From Octopus vulgaris (lineage: Eukaryota): DNA of 64,000 nucleotides. A model generated the notes under the pieces. It ran no database searches. It saw only the letters and a program-made list of their open reading frames with translations, and was not told the DNA's origin. The DNA lies in assembly GCA_951406725.2 (NCBI GenBank), contig OX597842.1:14322001-14386000 (forward strand), given 5' to 3'. A program made the translations under genes and the position numbers. Shown one piece after another: positions 1 to 35,319 of the stretch (positions are counted from its first letter, which is position 1; every line of letters starts with the position of its first letter).

Positions 1-1016
1 TATACTGTCTAAACTAAGATAATAAAATCTTTCGTTCACTGCAAAGTTCTTTATTTCTCTATGATTTTTCTGTCTGTGTAGTTTGGAGGACAAGAGTAGT
101 TTCCATTAATATAAATTAGATATCCTAAGGGAAGAGGAAATCTTCTGTGATACTCGATTAACAAAAGATGGAAGATTATAAGCGATAAGAATAACAAAAC
201 AACAACAAGATTTTGTTGTGTGGGTTTTACATAACATTCACATTTAATATACAAATATTATTTTCCATATATATTCCAGTAGCAATTTAATGGCATTATT
301 TCAAAAAAAAAGATCATAAATAACTTAAACACTTAAGAACAGTTCACGTCTTTAAGATCCATATTCAAAAGGTATGTAAAAATTGATGTTCATCTTTGGA
401 ATTTTGTAGAGAAAATATATATCCTTCATAGTATCGGTCCATAGACTGTTGTATTCTACTTTATGGGAAATAATACCTGAATGTCTTATAGTACATAAAT
501 TCTAGAAAATTGGAAAACTTGCAAAGTACTATGTAGTATAATGAAGGACCGTAAGTACATTATTTATAATGACATAATATATATTCCATCATCACATCAT
601 TTATATTCCATCCCCAACACAAGGTTCTGAGTGCAAGAAAAATTTGTTAATATTATAGTTCTGCACACACTGAAACACTTCACAACAAATTAAAATTCTT
701 TCTGAGGAATTACAACCGTATTTCGTGGTCTGCTACCACAATAGCTCCTTTATAGGATCCAGTTAGCTCAAGACATCATCAGGAGGAACCATGTCAGGTC
801 TCGGCCCCTATTCCTCTACAGTTTTGACGTGGCGGGCCCCCTTTGACCTTCCTAACACGAGAGGTCAGAGAGAGATATCTGTGTCAAATCCTTATGGAAA
901 TATATTCGAAAATCTTATAAGATAAGCGGATCAAGTAGAAAAAGAATTGGAAGGAGAAGAAGAAGATGAATTGGAAGAAGAAGAAGAAGAAGAAGAAGAA
1001 GAAGAAGAAGAAGAAG

Positions 1017-1048
<32 letters not shown>

Positions 1049-1412
1049 CAAGAAAAAGAAGAAGAAGATCAATAATAGTTGGGAGGGGTTGAAAAATGTC
1101 ATTACAATATACTCTTGAATATGTAATTAAAAAGGAGAGTCATGGATGGTAATAATCGTCGATCTAGAGATACGCACAGTAAATGATATTTCGTATACAT
1201 TCACTCATACACAAAGACACAGACGTATAAACATACATACACGAAATGTTATACATGTCAATACACATATTCACCTCACTCACAGACACACCTATTTACA
1301 GACATTCGCAAACAATCACGGATTTCTATCGAAAAAGAGAGAGAATGTAAAGAGAGCGAAGGACGGGACGCGAAACAAAATGGGAAGACTTTAAATATTT
1401 ACTAATATATTC

Positions 1413-1627
1413 TGTTGTGTCTGGGGAGAGTCATTTTCTTTTTGTATTATTATTTTCCTAAAATTTTCGTTGCGTCTTGCAAATAAGAAATAAGTGGAAA
1501 TTTTACCGGTGAATGTGTTAGATTATAAGGCACAAAAAGAAAATGACTCTCCCCAGACACAACAAAATATGCTTCAACACACGAACTCATATAAAGAATC
1601 TTGCAAACCAAATCCAAAAACGAAATA
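1413..1627. mobile_element. Foldback/MITE-like element (other copies about 15397-15697 and a half copy at 31445-31580)
   Basis: Inverted arms gttgtgtctggggagagtcattttctttttgt ... aaaagaaaatgactctccccagacacaac plus a one-sided ~65-bp extension shared by both full copies. Confidence 0.7.
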
Positions 1628-1672
1628 GTAATATATCGTTAATGCGATATCACCAAGCTTTATCCAACTTAC

Positions 1673-22839
<21,167 letters not shown>

Positions 22840-22902
22840 ATTTCCAGGCGTAGATTGATCTATAAAAGAAGAAAATACAAAATACAAAGGAAAACAAAAA
22901 TA

Positions 22903-23128
22903 TATTTCTTTACTCCCCACAAGGGGCTAAACACAGAGAGGACAAACAAGTACAGACAAAGGGTTTAAGTCGATTATATCGACCCCAGTTGGAAACTGGT
23001 ACTTTATTTATCAACCCCGAAAGGATGAAAGGCAAAGTCGACCTCGGCGAAATTTGAACTCAGAACGTAACGACAGACGAAATACGGCTACGCATTTCGC
23101 TCGGCGTGCTAACGTTTCTGCCAGCTCA
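22903..23128 (-). mobile_element. Family B SINE just upstream of the first coding exon acceptor
   Basis: Consensus match. Confidence 0.88.
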
Positions 23129-23399
23129 AGAACATTACACATGTACTCACAGCTGTCTGACAGGTATCGAAAGTTTAGCCTCTGCGTGGGGTCCTAGGCA
23201 TGCTGTGGCTGCCGATACGCAGATACTAGCTGAGGTTGTGACAGCTGTAACGATTTCTTGCCGGTGGACGTGTATTGGCACTCTTTGTGAGGCAGGTCTT
23301 TGCACAGCTCGTCTCCTGACAGGGCTGCAGGTCTTGGTGAAGGAAAACCCCAAATTCTCAGCCTGGTACCAAGAATGTTACCTAGCGTACACAGTCGAG

Positions 23400-25860
23400 C
23401 ATGCACTTGTTGAATGTCCGAGCATGATAATGAAGGAAGGACCACCAACTGCTAGAATCACTGTAACGAATGAGTGGGTGACGTTCCACTGTGATTGGCA
23501 CATGGGAAAACCATTTTAGTCTTGAAGGATTTAGGAAAATATAATGAAGTTTCAGACTATCGACCAATAGCATGTTTACCGACAATGTGGAAACTGGTGA
23601 CAAGAGTAATAAGTGACGAGTGGTGCAAATATTAGGAAAGATTTTTGCCAGATGACCAGAAGGGTTGTAAATAAATGTCAAGCGGGACAAAAGATTAGGT
23701 GTTAGACAAGAGGATATTAAGGAACTGCAGAAGAGGGTTAACGGGACATGGAGTGGCCTGCCTAGATTATAGAAAACCATTGATATGGTGTGTCACGGTT
23801 GGATAGGAAAATATTTGGGGTTAGTTGGAGTGGTAGAAAGTATAGAAAGACTGCTAAAAAGAAATATGACAGCCTGGAAACCGGAGTTAACATCTGTAGG
23901 AAGGTCTTTGAGTACAGTGAACATCAAAAGGGGATTATTTGAGGGAGATAATCTCTCACCACTCCTGATTGTTCGGATACAAATACCTCAGTCAATGCAT
24001 GAAAAATTAAGAGCTTTCTAGATAAAATGAAGATCAATTTGGCACATTTGTGAACACAGTAAGCATTTGCATTAAGAACATACGCATAGAATTTGGTATG
24101 AGTAAATGTATTATTTGACGCTGAAGAGGGGGGTACATAAAGTAAAGTCAAAGACTTAAAGTCAGCTAGTCACTCAAATTTTAGACGAAGTCAACGATAA
24201 AATTATTTTGGTATTTGGGAATCAGATACCAACAAAAACAGTGAAATGAAGGAAACCATTTCGAAGGAGTACTTCAGAAAAATCAAGCTTATACAGAAAT
24301 ATAAGTTAAATTCTAGAAACATTGTAAAAGTGATGAATTCAAGGGCTGTATCAGTTGTGAGATATGTGGCAGGTCCTGTGAATTGGAACAAAGAGGAACT
24401 ACAAGATATTGATCAGATCGAAAAACTCGGATAACAATGACGATGAAGAACGCTTTCCATATAAAGGGCAGATGTGGATTGGCGTTAGATGAAATGTAAA
24501 AAACGAAGGGAGAGGATTTGATTAGTGTAGAGGATTAGGTGAACATGGTAGTGGAATGTTTCAATCAGTATGTTAAGGAAAGCATTGAAGAATTGCTAGG
24601 AGCAGAACGCAATGCAAACATTCTCAGAGAATATCAAACAAAGGTTGAAGTACTTGAAACAAGAAAGCAAAGTTATATGGAAAAATATTTATACACTCAG
24701 TTTATGATGAATACTGAGGCAGAAGACCCTTGGAATTGCTTGAGAAAGGGAATTCTCAATAAAGCGACAGAACGGTTCATCATGACAGCTCAGGATCAAC
24801 CCTTTTTTTCTTTTTTTTCTTTTTCTTTTTACTTGTTTCAGTCATTTTGACTGCGACCATGCTGGAGCACCGCTTTTAACTGAGCAACTCGACCCCGGGA
24901 CTTATTCTTTGTAAGCCCAGTACTTATTCTATCGGTCTCTTTTGCCGAACCGCTAAGTGACGGGGACATAAACACACCAGCATCGGTTGTCAAGCAATGG
25001 TAGGGGGACAAACACAGACACACAAACACACACGCGCATATATATATACATATGTACGACGGGCTTCTTTCGGTTTCCGTCTACCAAATCCACTCACAAG
25101 GCTTTGGTCGGCCCGAGGCTATAGTAGAAGACACTTGCCCAAGATGCCACGCAGTGGGACTGAACCCGGAACAACATAGTACAAATGTCGGACAGAAGAC
25201 AATGTGTCAGCATTGTGCAGATTCTGAGATGAAGGAGAAGAAACAGTGAGTGACAGAGTAAGTGAATGTTCGAAACACGCAGAGAAACAGTACGAATATT
25301 GGAGACATGAAAATGTTGCAGAGATCAGCCATTTGGATATGTGTAAAAAGAGCAGACTTCCATCAAGACACAAAGTGCTATGAACATGCGCTTGAAAAAG
25401 TGACTCAGAATTATGTGGTTAAATTTCTTTAGGACTTTCTCATCCAAACGCATCATGTCCTAAAGCGTAACAGACCAGATATCTTGGTGTTTGAGAAGAA
25501 GGATCGTACTTCCTACATAAATGACGTAGCTGAAGCATTTAGCAGAAGAATATGGGAAAAATAAATCAATAAGGTAGATATATATATTTATATATATACA
25601 TACATATATATTTGAACCTGAAGAGAGAGATAAGCAAGTTGTGGGGTTTCACAAAGAATGAGGTCGTACCAATTGTCATTGAAGCCTTAGGAACAAAGGA
25701 GAAGAGGCTGAAGGAGTGGGCAGAAAAGACGAGCATGCAGAAGCAGGTAGAATACATGGAACTGGGCTGTTTCTTAGGAACGGCGTAGATCGGTCGAAAG
25801 TTGTTGGGTGGCTGAGGTAAGAGTTGTGGCTTTCTCTTCCGAAAGTAAACCCACTTAATA
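23400..25860 (+). mobile_element. Decayed R4/Dong-like (RLE) non-LTR retrotransposon with a family A SINE inserted at about 24820-25173
   Basis: RT motif KRGLFEGDNLSPLL, plus KLNSRNIVKVMNSRAVSVVRY, FIMTAQDQ, NRPDILV and VVPIVIEALGT; many stops. Confidence 0.8.
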
Positions 25861-25990
25861 TCTATCATGGTGCTGGTGTGAGGTAAAACTGTCTTGAAAT
25901 AATAAGAACAACAGCAACAACAACAACAACAACAACAAAAACAACAACAAAAACAACAACAACAACAATAATAATAATAATAATAATAAT

Positions 25991-26065
<75 letters not shown>

Positions 26066-26140
26066 GATAATTATGATAATAATAATAATAATAATGATAA
26101 TAATAATAATAATGATAATAATAATTATAATAATAATAAT

Positions 26141-26694
26141 GCCCCGATGCAATTCCAGGCAGTGGCTCGCATGGCTTCTGATCTTAACTGATTGGAAGTG
26201 TTATCATGTACATTGTTTTGTCTTGGTATAAAAGATGGGCTACAGCAAATATTCTGCTCAATACCACAGATTTGCTTGTCAGTTGTTTGACCTTAACCAG
26301 TTGAGCAGGTCCCTTTGTGGCTGACGATATGTGCATCTCTGACCACGAGCAGAAGTAGTGGGGGAGCATCATAGCCATGTGTTGAGAGGGATTATTTGGG
26401 GTTTGAATAATTTACCTCTGGAAACATGGGTGTTTCGTTCAACATCCTTAAACAATCCTTATTCAGGGACCTTTTGAGCGGGATGGGTTACTCGACCAGA
26501 AGAAAATTCTAACTGGGCCCCACCTACAAGGTCATGTGCTGTTTATCTTGATATGAAATCACCATATCGCGCACATATTGTTGTGATGCATGTGCCTCGT
26601 GTACCCTTATCAGACGGGTAGTCATGATGGGTATACTGGGCTTCGTATATTTTACCCCAGTGTCACTTTGATGGCATCCACTGCTCTCTCACTC
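26141..26694. mobile_element. ~550-bp interspersed repeat embedded in (AAT)n
   Basis: Its left end recurs at about 27240-27300 and its right end at about 32870-32947, each abutting (AAT)n. Confidence 0.55.
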
Positions 26695-26733
26695 AATAAT
26701 AATAATAATAATAATAATATTAATAATAATAAT

Positions 26734-26767
<34 letters not shown>

Positions 26768-26776
26768 TTAATAATG

Positions 26777-26819
<43 letters not shown>

Positions 26820-26866
26820 TAATAATAATAATAATAATAATAATGATAATAATAATAATAATAATA

Positions 26867-26941
<75 letters not shown>

Positions 26942-26959
26942 GTGGTGATGATGATGATG

Positions 26960-27004
<45 letters not shown>

Positions 27005-27155
27005 TTTGTGTTTGCATTACATGGAGATATATCTCTATTTCCCCTCCCCAAGCTTTCAGCTATATTTCAACAACTCTTAACCTTCACTTGCCCTAGGGCG
27101 CTGGGTGTGCCCCGGCAGGTGATTGCATCAAACATACAGATTAAAAGTAAATGAC

Positions 27156-27234
<79 letters not shown>

Positions 27235-29376
27235 TGACTTGATGCAGTATCAGTGGTTCTTACGGCTTCTGATCTTAACTGATTGAACGTGTTATAATGT
27301 CTAATTCCGTCTACAGAATTCACCCAGAAGGTTTTGGTAAGCCCGCAGCTATAGTAGAAGAAACTTATCCAAGGTGCCACGCAGAGAGACTGAACCCGTA
27401 ACCGTGTGGTTGGGAAGCAAGCTTCTTAACACACAACCACCCCAGCGCCTGTAGTTTTGCTAAAACTAACAGACGTCACTGATTTTTATGTTTAGTGAAA
27501 CACACCACCACTAATTGATGATATCTCCCATCAAATCTTGCTTGACTCGTATACTTATCTGATCCCTGGAACCTTTTCACACCGGAAAGGACGCGTTCAT
27601 CTTCCAGTAAAAAGATCCTTATTTATTAGTAATTTCTGTGTTGACTATAAAGTTCCCCTGTTGGAATTTTAAGTAGCCAACGATCTGAAACTGTGGACAT
27701 TTTAAACTACAGCTATCTCCTAACATTACAAGACCCATTCTAAGTATGACCTGATGTGTCAGATGATTGGAAATGCGCCTAATTCTCCTAATCCCACATA
27801 ATATTTGTATACGTTCAAAGTCCGATTCCAATAAACCACTAACACTAAGGAACGAGATGTTTCTAGGAACAATTTTAGACGCTTAAAGATATCCGGGCCC
27901 TACTGTTTCTTTCCCTGCTGTTCATATCCAAGATCACCTACCTATCGATCAGATCTTTCAAGGCCTTTCTACGGGTCTTCTAAGATTCTTCTGTGTAAAA
28001 TGTTTTTCAATCCTTCCACATCATGTTGGAAACTTTTCTTCGAAACACTGTACATTGTTGCTGGCGTTCCTACCAGAGCCTTTTCTTGTATATTTTTGGA
28101 AACGTTGAGAGCATCAAAAGCCTCATTTGTTAAACTTTTGCTTTTACCTGAGTTTGTAAACTTGATGAGATCAGCGTTTTACTTTCGGAGAACTGTTCAG
28201 TTGGGAGACTCCTCCGTCAGGTGTTGCTCTAAATGTTACGTCCATTGTAATTGATGTGGGCGTCGGTTTGGTTGCTTTTGGCTTTGGTCCTTTTCTTTCC
28301 GATCCCGATGTGACTCGCGCTGTTGTTCGGAATGTCATTTCTTTTTCTTTTGTTGTTGCAGGATTGTCTCTTGTTGTTGAAGTTATTGTTGTGGGTGTTG
28401 TAATTGTTGTTCTATCGATTTATTTATGAGACTAGGGACACACGTACTTGGTGCAAACAAAGTTTGAGGGGTTAGTGGTCAGGACACTATTTTCACCAAC
28501 CCTTCCTACCCACTAGGGTGCTTTGGTGTCGTCCGAGGCCACTTCTATATCCGAACAGTAGCCTGGACTTTCATTTGATTTCTTCCGTATCGTTTGCAGT
28601 TGATGTTGATGTTGATGTTGAGCGAACGGTCTTCGTCCCAGAGCTCGCAAGATGGGAGAAGTCCAAAACGTGGTCCTTTGCTATTCGTAAGACCCGCAGA
28701 AGAGAAAGCAGGTCAACCCCCGACAACGAGAGCATCGACGGATGGATGAATGCGCATCCAGACTCAGCGTTTGCAAAGGAAGTCGGGGTGCTGTTGCTGT
28801 TCGTAGTGGTGGACATGGTGGTGGATGTGGTCAGGAGACTTGTTTCACGCTTTTCCCTGAGTGGATGTATGCTTTGTAGCTGTTGTATTTATAGTTGTTG
28901 TGGTGGGTGCCACTACCGCCCTTTTTGCGTTGGGAGCAGCGATGAGGAGCGAGTCATTGCTTTCAATTGTAACGCAGCATTTCAGGTGTTCCATTTTTCC
29001 ACAAACATCTGGGTTTCCTGCCCTTCAGCGCCATCCGCATCTGCCGAGGAATCACCGAAATAGAAAAAAGTTCCGTATGCAATTCACATCTTCTGGAACA
29101 ACCAATACTTGGAATTCCATAAGTTTTCTATTTTGCGGGTTTTGATTTCATGCTTGTAATTTCCCAATGGTGGTATCTATGAGATGAGGAGGTACGTTTG
29201 TGACCCTCACTTTTGTGACATGTCCCATATCTAAGGGTAGCATCGCGAACTAAGGTGCAGATCGTTGTATCCATCCTACGCTAATCCACTTTATTGCTAC
29301 GGATGGCCACCACAGTCCCCTGTTGCATTCCTTGGGAGATATACACTACGGTATACTACACATCTTCTACACATAA

Positions 29377-29608
29377 GGCGGCGAGCTGGCAGAAACGTTA
29401 GCACGCAGGCCGAAATGCGTAGCCGTATTTCGTCTGTCGTTACGTTGTGAGTTCAAATTCCGCCGAGGTCGACTTTGCCTTTCATCCTTTCGGGGACAAT
29501 AAATTAAGTACCAGTTATGCACTGGGGGCGATGTAATCGACTTAATACCTATGTCTGTCTTTGTTTGTCCCCTTTAGGTTTGGCCCGTTGTGAGTAATAA
29601 AGAAATAG
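29377..29608 (+). mobile_element. Family B SINE, full length
   Basis: ggcggcgagctggcagaa head, B-box, Meta-like core, aataaagaaat tail. Confidence 0.9.
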
Positions 29609-30046
29609 GTATGCTACTCATTTTTCCAAATATTTTTTTCTATTTCGGTTGAGGAAAGGAATTGTAGAATCGATTCTGCGCGATTGATGCTCTTTTAGAT
29701 TGTTATTATTTTCTTGGTGCACATCATTCTACCTTCTGGGAGCACCTTGACCCCAGGGTGAACGATATTGCTCCTATACGTTTTATTGACACACACCCTT
29801 TAAATAAAAGGACGACCCCCTGCATTCTAACGGTCGCATAGCGTGACTGTTTAAAACATTCTTTATGGATTTTCAACGTTATTGATGTTGCTGTTGTTGT
29901 TGTTCCCCTTTTGCTGGTGTTCTCATTAATGCTGTTGTTTTCGTCTCAACTGCGCCGCTGCTGCTGTCTACGTTACAGTTGTTGTTGCTGTTGTTGTTAT
30001 TGTTAAGCAACAAGACGGGTAAGGGTGATTAGGTGATGGTCTAGGG

Positions 30047-30247
30047 CAGTGCTTTTCAAATTTTTTACTGGAGCGGAACCCAAAGGAAACATTCCACTGG
30101 CTCAAGAAACCCATGTGCAATGATTTAATGGTCTTATGCACACATATCTGCACAGGAGAATTAAAAATTACTGCCGATTTTAGCAGCTTTGTAACTTCTT
30201 GCGGAACCCCTGTACTGTACTGGCGGAACCCTGGTTGAAAACCACTG
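30047..30247. mobile_element. hAT-type MITE
   Basis: TIRs cagtgcttttcaa / ttgaaaaccactg; 8-bp TSD gtctaggg / gtctgggg. Confidence 0.85.
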
Positions 30248-31019
30248 GTCTGGGGCTTAGCGGCGGGAGACACCCAGACCTTGGGGAAAAAAACTTTGGT
30301 CGTTTTGTAGCCGAGGGCTCTTCGTTGACGCCCGACACCCCTGTTAGGTGGTCCTCGAAGTCGCTGTAAATGGAGATCTCCAGGTTCAAATTCTTGAACG
30401 GCTGTTGTTGCTGCTTAAACTGTCAGCGCCATTGTTGATAGCTTTATAGCTGCTGCTGATTACACTATTATTGTTTTTGTTGTTATTTTTTCTTACCGCT
30501 CTTTCTGTTGCAGTTGTTGCCGTTCACACAGGTGTTAGTGTTGTTATTGTTGTTGCAGTCGTCGTCTTCGTCACACATGCTTACAGTATTGTGTTTTATT
30601 GATTGTAGTTTCTTTGCTGTTTCTAAAAGGTGTGGTAATAACCTGTCTCGGCTGACTACTATGGCAGGTCGTTTACGTACGACGTTACAGGAGAGGGGAA
30701 AACATTCTCTCGTAAAACTACTCCTCTATTTATACTAAAGTGACATAGGTTATAGGAATAGACAGGCACATAAGCGCAAATGAAGACTGAATCACAAGAC
30801 CATATACACACACACACACACACATATTACTTCTCACAAGGACACATATAGAGACACACGTCCACACATATGGAGATGCATATCCATACATACAAACACG
30901 GTACATAGTTGCAAAACACACACACACGCACACACACATACATAAAAACACACAAACACGGACATGCAAACACATGAATATGCAGAATACATACAGACAA
31001 ACGTACACACATAATTAGA

Positions 31020-31400
31020 TACATATGCACACATACAAATGCATGCTTACACACACATGCATACATACATAATACATACATATATTCATACATACATACA
31101 TACATACATAGATACATACATACATACATGCATGCATCCATGCATACATACATATATACATACATACATACAAACATACATACATGCATGCACATATACA
31201 TACATATACACATACATACATACATACATACACACATACATACATACAAACATACATACATACATACATACATATATACATACATACATGCATGCATACA
31301 AACATACATACATACATACATACATATATACATACAAACATGCATACATACATACATACATGCATGTATAAGCACATAAACACACACACACACACACTGA
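31020..31400. repeat. (CATA)n compound microsatellite
   Basis: Tetranucleotide tract. Confidence 0.9.
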
Positions 31401-33084
31401 TCCACCCACATGCGCGCAAACAAACAAAAAGGAACCCTGTGTGAGTCAAAACTATTGAAATGTTTGCAAGACGCAACGAAAAGTTTAGAAAAATAAAAAA
31501 GAAATAAGTTGAAATTTTATCGGTGAGTGTTGTGTTGAATTATAAGAAAAGAAAAGAGAATGACTCCCCAGATACAACAAATTAATAGAAGATATGTATG
31601 GGGAAATTTAGAAAGAAAATTGTATAAAGAAAGAAAATTTAGAGAAAACTCACCAGCGATATTTCAAGATTAGATGTCATGCGAGATAATAATGATACCT
31701 TCTAATTTTGCCATAAAGCCAGCAATTTTAGGGGAGGAGTTAGTCCATTATTTCGACCCCGTTGCTAAATTGTCTCAACGATCCCAGAAGGATGAAATAC
31801 AAATACAAACTCGGGGAATTTGAACTCAGAACGTAAAGACACAAAATTTCACTACTTATATTTGCCCAACGTACTAACGGACCTGTCAACTCATAACAAT
31901 AATGTTTTCGTTATTAGCCACGGGGTCCAAACACAAAACAGGAACGGACAATGAAACACAAGGGGCAAGTGGAGCTTAGCACAACACCTCGTTTGTAAAA
32001 TTAAAACAAGTACAATTCGCTCAACTAAAGTTCAACAATAAAATTCCACAAAAGGGAGTTCAACTTAGGGTCAACCAAGGAACCCCACATATCCTGATTA
32101 CCCTGACTGTTAGGGGCCAACTCAGGGGTCTCTCCTTCTCAACTTTTGCTTACAAGCGTGGGCCCATTCACATAGGGGTGTTTTGGCCATATCTATCAAT
32201 CTGTATACGATAAGTGGCCAGGGTATTGCACCCTCAAATGGTAAATCGTTGGTGTGTCGGTTGAAATGCTTAACCGTATAGAAAACACATTGAGCCCGTA
32301 AGTGTCACGTGGTGGAAATAAACGCAATTACCAAACTTTCATTCATAAGACCTTTTGCTACTTCGTTTCTTTGCATTTCAATTTGTACATTTGTTCAACC
32401 GATTGCGTACAAGCGCATATGTAAAACTACGCCCTTTGTTTTTTAATCATCATCTACTGATATCAAAATAGAAATATTTTGTATCAGGCGCCATTTGTGA
32501 TTCCAAGGGTCAAAAGGGGGTATTTGGCCAAAATGGGTTGAGGACCTTAGCTTTATAATATACTAAATCAGATCTGCAAGTATAGATATATGCTCTTCTG
32601 ACATACTCTCCCCTCCTCCTCCCATCATTGGGACAATGCATAGAACCGTTTGTAATTGCTAACTTGGTTTGGTTTTTGTTGGCCTTTGCCTCCTCTAATA
32701 TTTTAGTTTGGATACGGCCCTGTTCTGGGTCTCTGCATTTTGAGATCAAATCCCAGCTGCTTGTAGATCGCAACGAGAAACCACACGAGTATTCATCTCA
32801 GGTCTTGTCATTGCAGCCGTTGTTCTAGAAATTTACTTAACGGTGACAGTGCAGGGTGGGGTTGTGACGCATCAGACGAGGAGTCATGATGAGGATACTG
32901 GGCTTCGTATATTTTGCCCCAGTGTCACTTTGATGGTATGCACTGCTAATAATAATGATAAACTTAACTTAATAATAATAATGATAATAATAATAGTAGT
33001 AGTAGTAGTAGTAGTAGTAGTAATAGTAGTAGTAGTAGTAGTAGTAATAAAAATAATAACAACAACAACAACAACAACAACAAC

Positions 33085-33133
<49 letters not shown>

Positions 33134-33134
33134 C

Positions 33135-34368
33135 TGCTGACTTAGATATTCTTACTGATAAATGGCAAAGAAAACCTCTGAATGCCAAATACCAAAAGAG
33201 AGGGAATAGTGCTGATGTTAACAAAACCCTTAAACATCAATGTTCAGTGGTTTCCGGCTTAAAATCAGAAACAGAAAGGTTTATACTAATAGCCCAAGAT
33301 CAATGTCTACTTACAAGAAACTACCAGGTCAGCATAATAATTTTTTTATTGCCCACAAGGGGCTAAATATAGTGGGGACAAACAAGGACAGACAAAGAGA
33401 TTAAGTCGATTACAACGATCTACGTGCGTAACTGGTACTTAATTTATCGACCCCGAAAGGATAAAAGGCAAAGTCGACCTCGGCGGAATTTGAACTCAGA
33501 ACGTAGCGGCAGACGAAATAACGCTGAGCATTTCTCCCGGCGTGCTAAGGATTCTGCCAGTTCGCCGCCAACATATTAAATAACCGCAGCTACCCAACAT
33601 GTCATGTATGTCAACAACAAAATGAAACCATTGATCATGCTGTCCCCATGCGTAGTTTTCTTGCACCTACAGAGTTTCTCAACAGGCATGATAGAGCAGC
33701 ACAATATATTCACTGGGTAATTTGCAAAAATCTGGACCGGCCCTATGATAAAACCGGTGGGAACATAAGTCACCTCCAGTGTTGGAAAATAATCACATCT
33801 CACTCCTCTGGAACTTCCCCATTCAAACTGACAGAAAGATAGATGCGAATAGGCCAGACATTATATTGAAATACTTCAGACAAAAAATCATGCCTCCTCA
33901 TTGATATGACTGACTCAATCGATATAAACGTATCTGACATGCTCTACCAATAACTGAGCAAGTATAAAGATCTTGAAATAGAAATTGGCAAAATGTGGAA
34001 TCTTAAGACTAAAACAATACCTGTTGTCATAGTTGCCTTTGGAATAATAGCAGAGATGATTTCTACCTAGCTCAGATACAAGGAAACTCCAAAATGTCAA
34101 AGATTCAAAAGATAGTGCTCATGGGAACTGCCCATATCCTACGTAAAATACGGTCTGTGTAATCTCAAATTTTAAAACAAATTCAAAATTTCCTGATGCT
34201 TTCTTAAATATTCTCTAGAACAATACAATATGCGAAACAAATTATATGACAGCACAGCCATAACACGAACACGAACTTCGAAACTGTTGTCTCCTGAGGT
34301 CTCTGAGTGAGACTTGGAGTCAACTTGTACAAACAGAAAGCAAAAGTCAAATATATAATAATAATAAT
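33135..34368 (+). mobile_element. R4/Dong-like 3' fragment flanked by (AAT)n, with a family B SINE at about 33340-33570
   Basis: GLKSETERFILIAQDQ, CHVC...ETIDH, LNRHDRAAQYIHW, ANRPDII, YKDLEIEIGKMW, IQKIVLMGTAHILRK. Confidence 0.85.
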
Positions 34369-34369
34369 C

Positions 34370-34678
34370 ACCGTCACCGTGACCGACCAGGCTATCAGAT
34401 GTTGCTACACATCGCTGGTCACAATGCGCTTCGCATTGTTTTAGCCTTCAAATGACGCCACCTCACTGGCTAAGCGAACAGGCCAACAGAAGAAAGAGTG
34501 AGAGAAAGTTGGAACGAAAGAGTACAGCAGGGATCGCACCCCCCTCCCTGCTCGAGCCTCGTGGAGCTTTGTAGGTGCTTTCGCTCAATAAACACTCACA
34601 ACGCCCGGTCTGGGAATCAAAACCGCGATCCTACGACCGCAAGTCCGCTGCCCTCACCATTGGGCCATTGCGCTTCCC
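34370..34678 (-). mobile_element. tRNA SINE related to family C (shared 5' half, different tail)
   Basis: Head and ctctttcg..caactttctctcac block shared with 1954-2244. Confidence 0.75.
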
Positions 34679-34679
34679 C

Positions 34680-34713
<34 letters not shown>

Positions 34714-35130
34714 CAACAACATCCACAGCAACCGTTCCTACTAAAGTTACAAAGCCTGAAATGTTGTGGGAGAGGATATATCCATATATGAATCGTAATG
34801 GGAGACGTCTATTTCCATTGCTACATAAAAAAGGGACAAGAATAGAGCGAGAAAAATATTGGCGACTTACCTGAGTTGAAAGTCAATATTCAGCCGGTCA
34901 TATATTTCATAGTTACTCTGGTGGTGTGCTTTCGTCTCCTTCATAAAAATAAATAAAGCTACGTAAATAATGTATTTAGCTATAAACCTCCATCTGCCAC
35001 CAGTTAACTATTCTCAACCAATCAACTATTTACAAATTTATTCTTTGAATTGCATATATTTTAATACCTTTTCTCAATTGGTTTCACCTCTAACCACTTC
35101 TCTTTTGACACGCCGTATCTCCTTCTATTC

Positions 35131-35238
<108 letters not shown>

Positions 35239-35269
35239 TTATGTATATATATATATAATATATATAGAT

Positions 35270-35319
<50 letters not shown>

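Larger units (their letters stand above)
27480..30700 (-). mobile_element. Highly decayed non-LTR retrotransposon 5' part (possible ORF1/APE), with nested SINE and MITE
   Basis: Fragmentary peptides (VTKVRVTNVPPH; LVMLGDS) and CAA-rich tracts; family not assignable by eye. Confidence 0.35.

Noticed and set aside
700-790. Minus-strand CTGATGA...GAAA as a hammerhead
   Set aside because: The flanks are direct (ttcctc/ttcctc) rather than complementary, so stem I cannot form.
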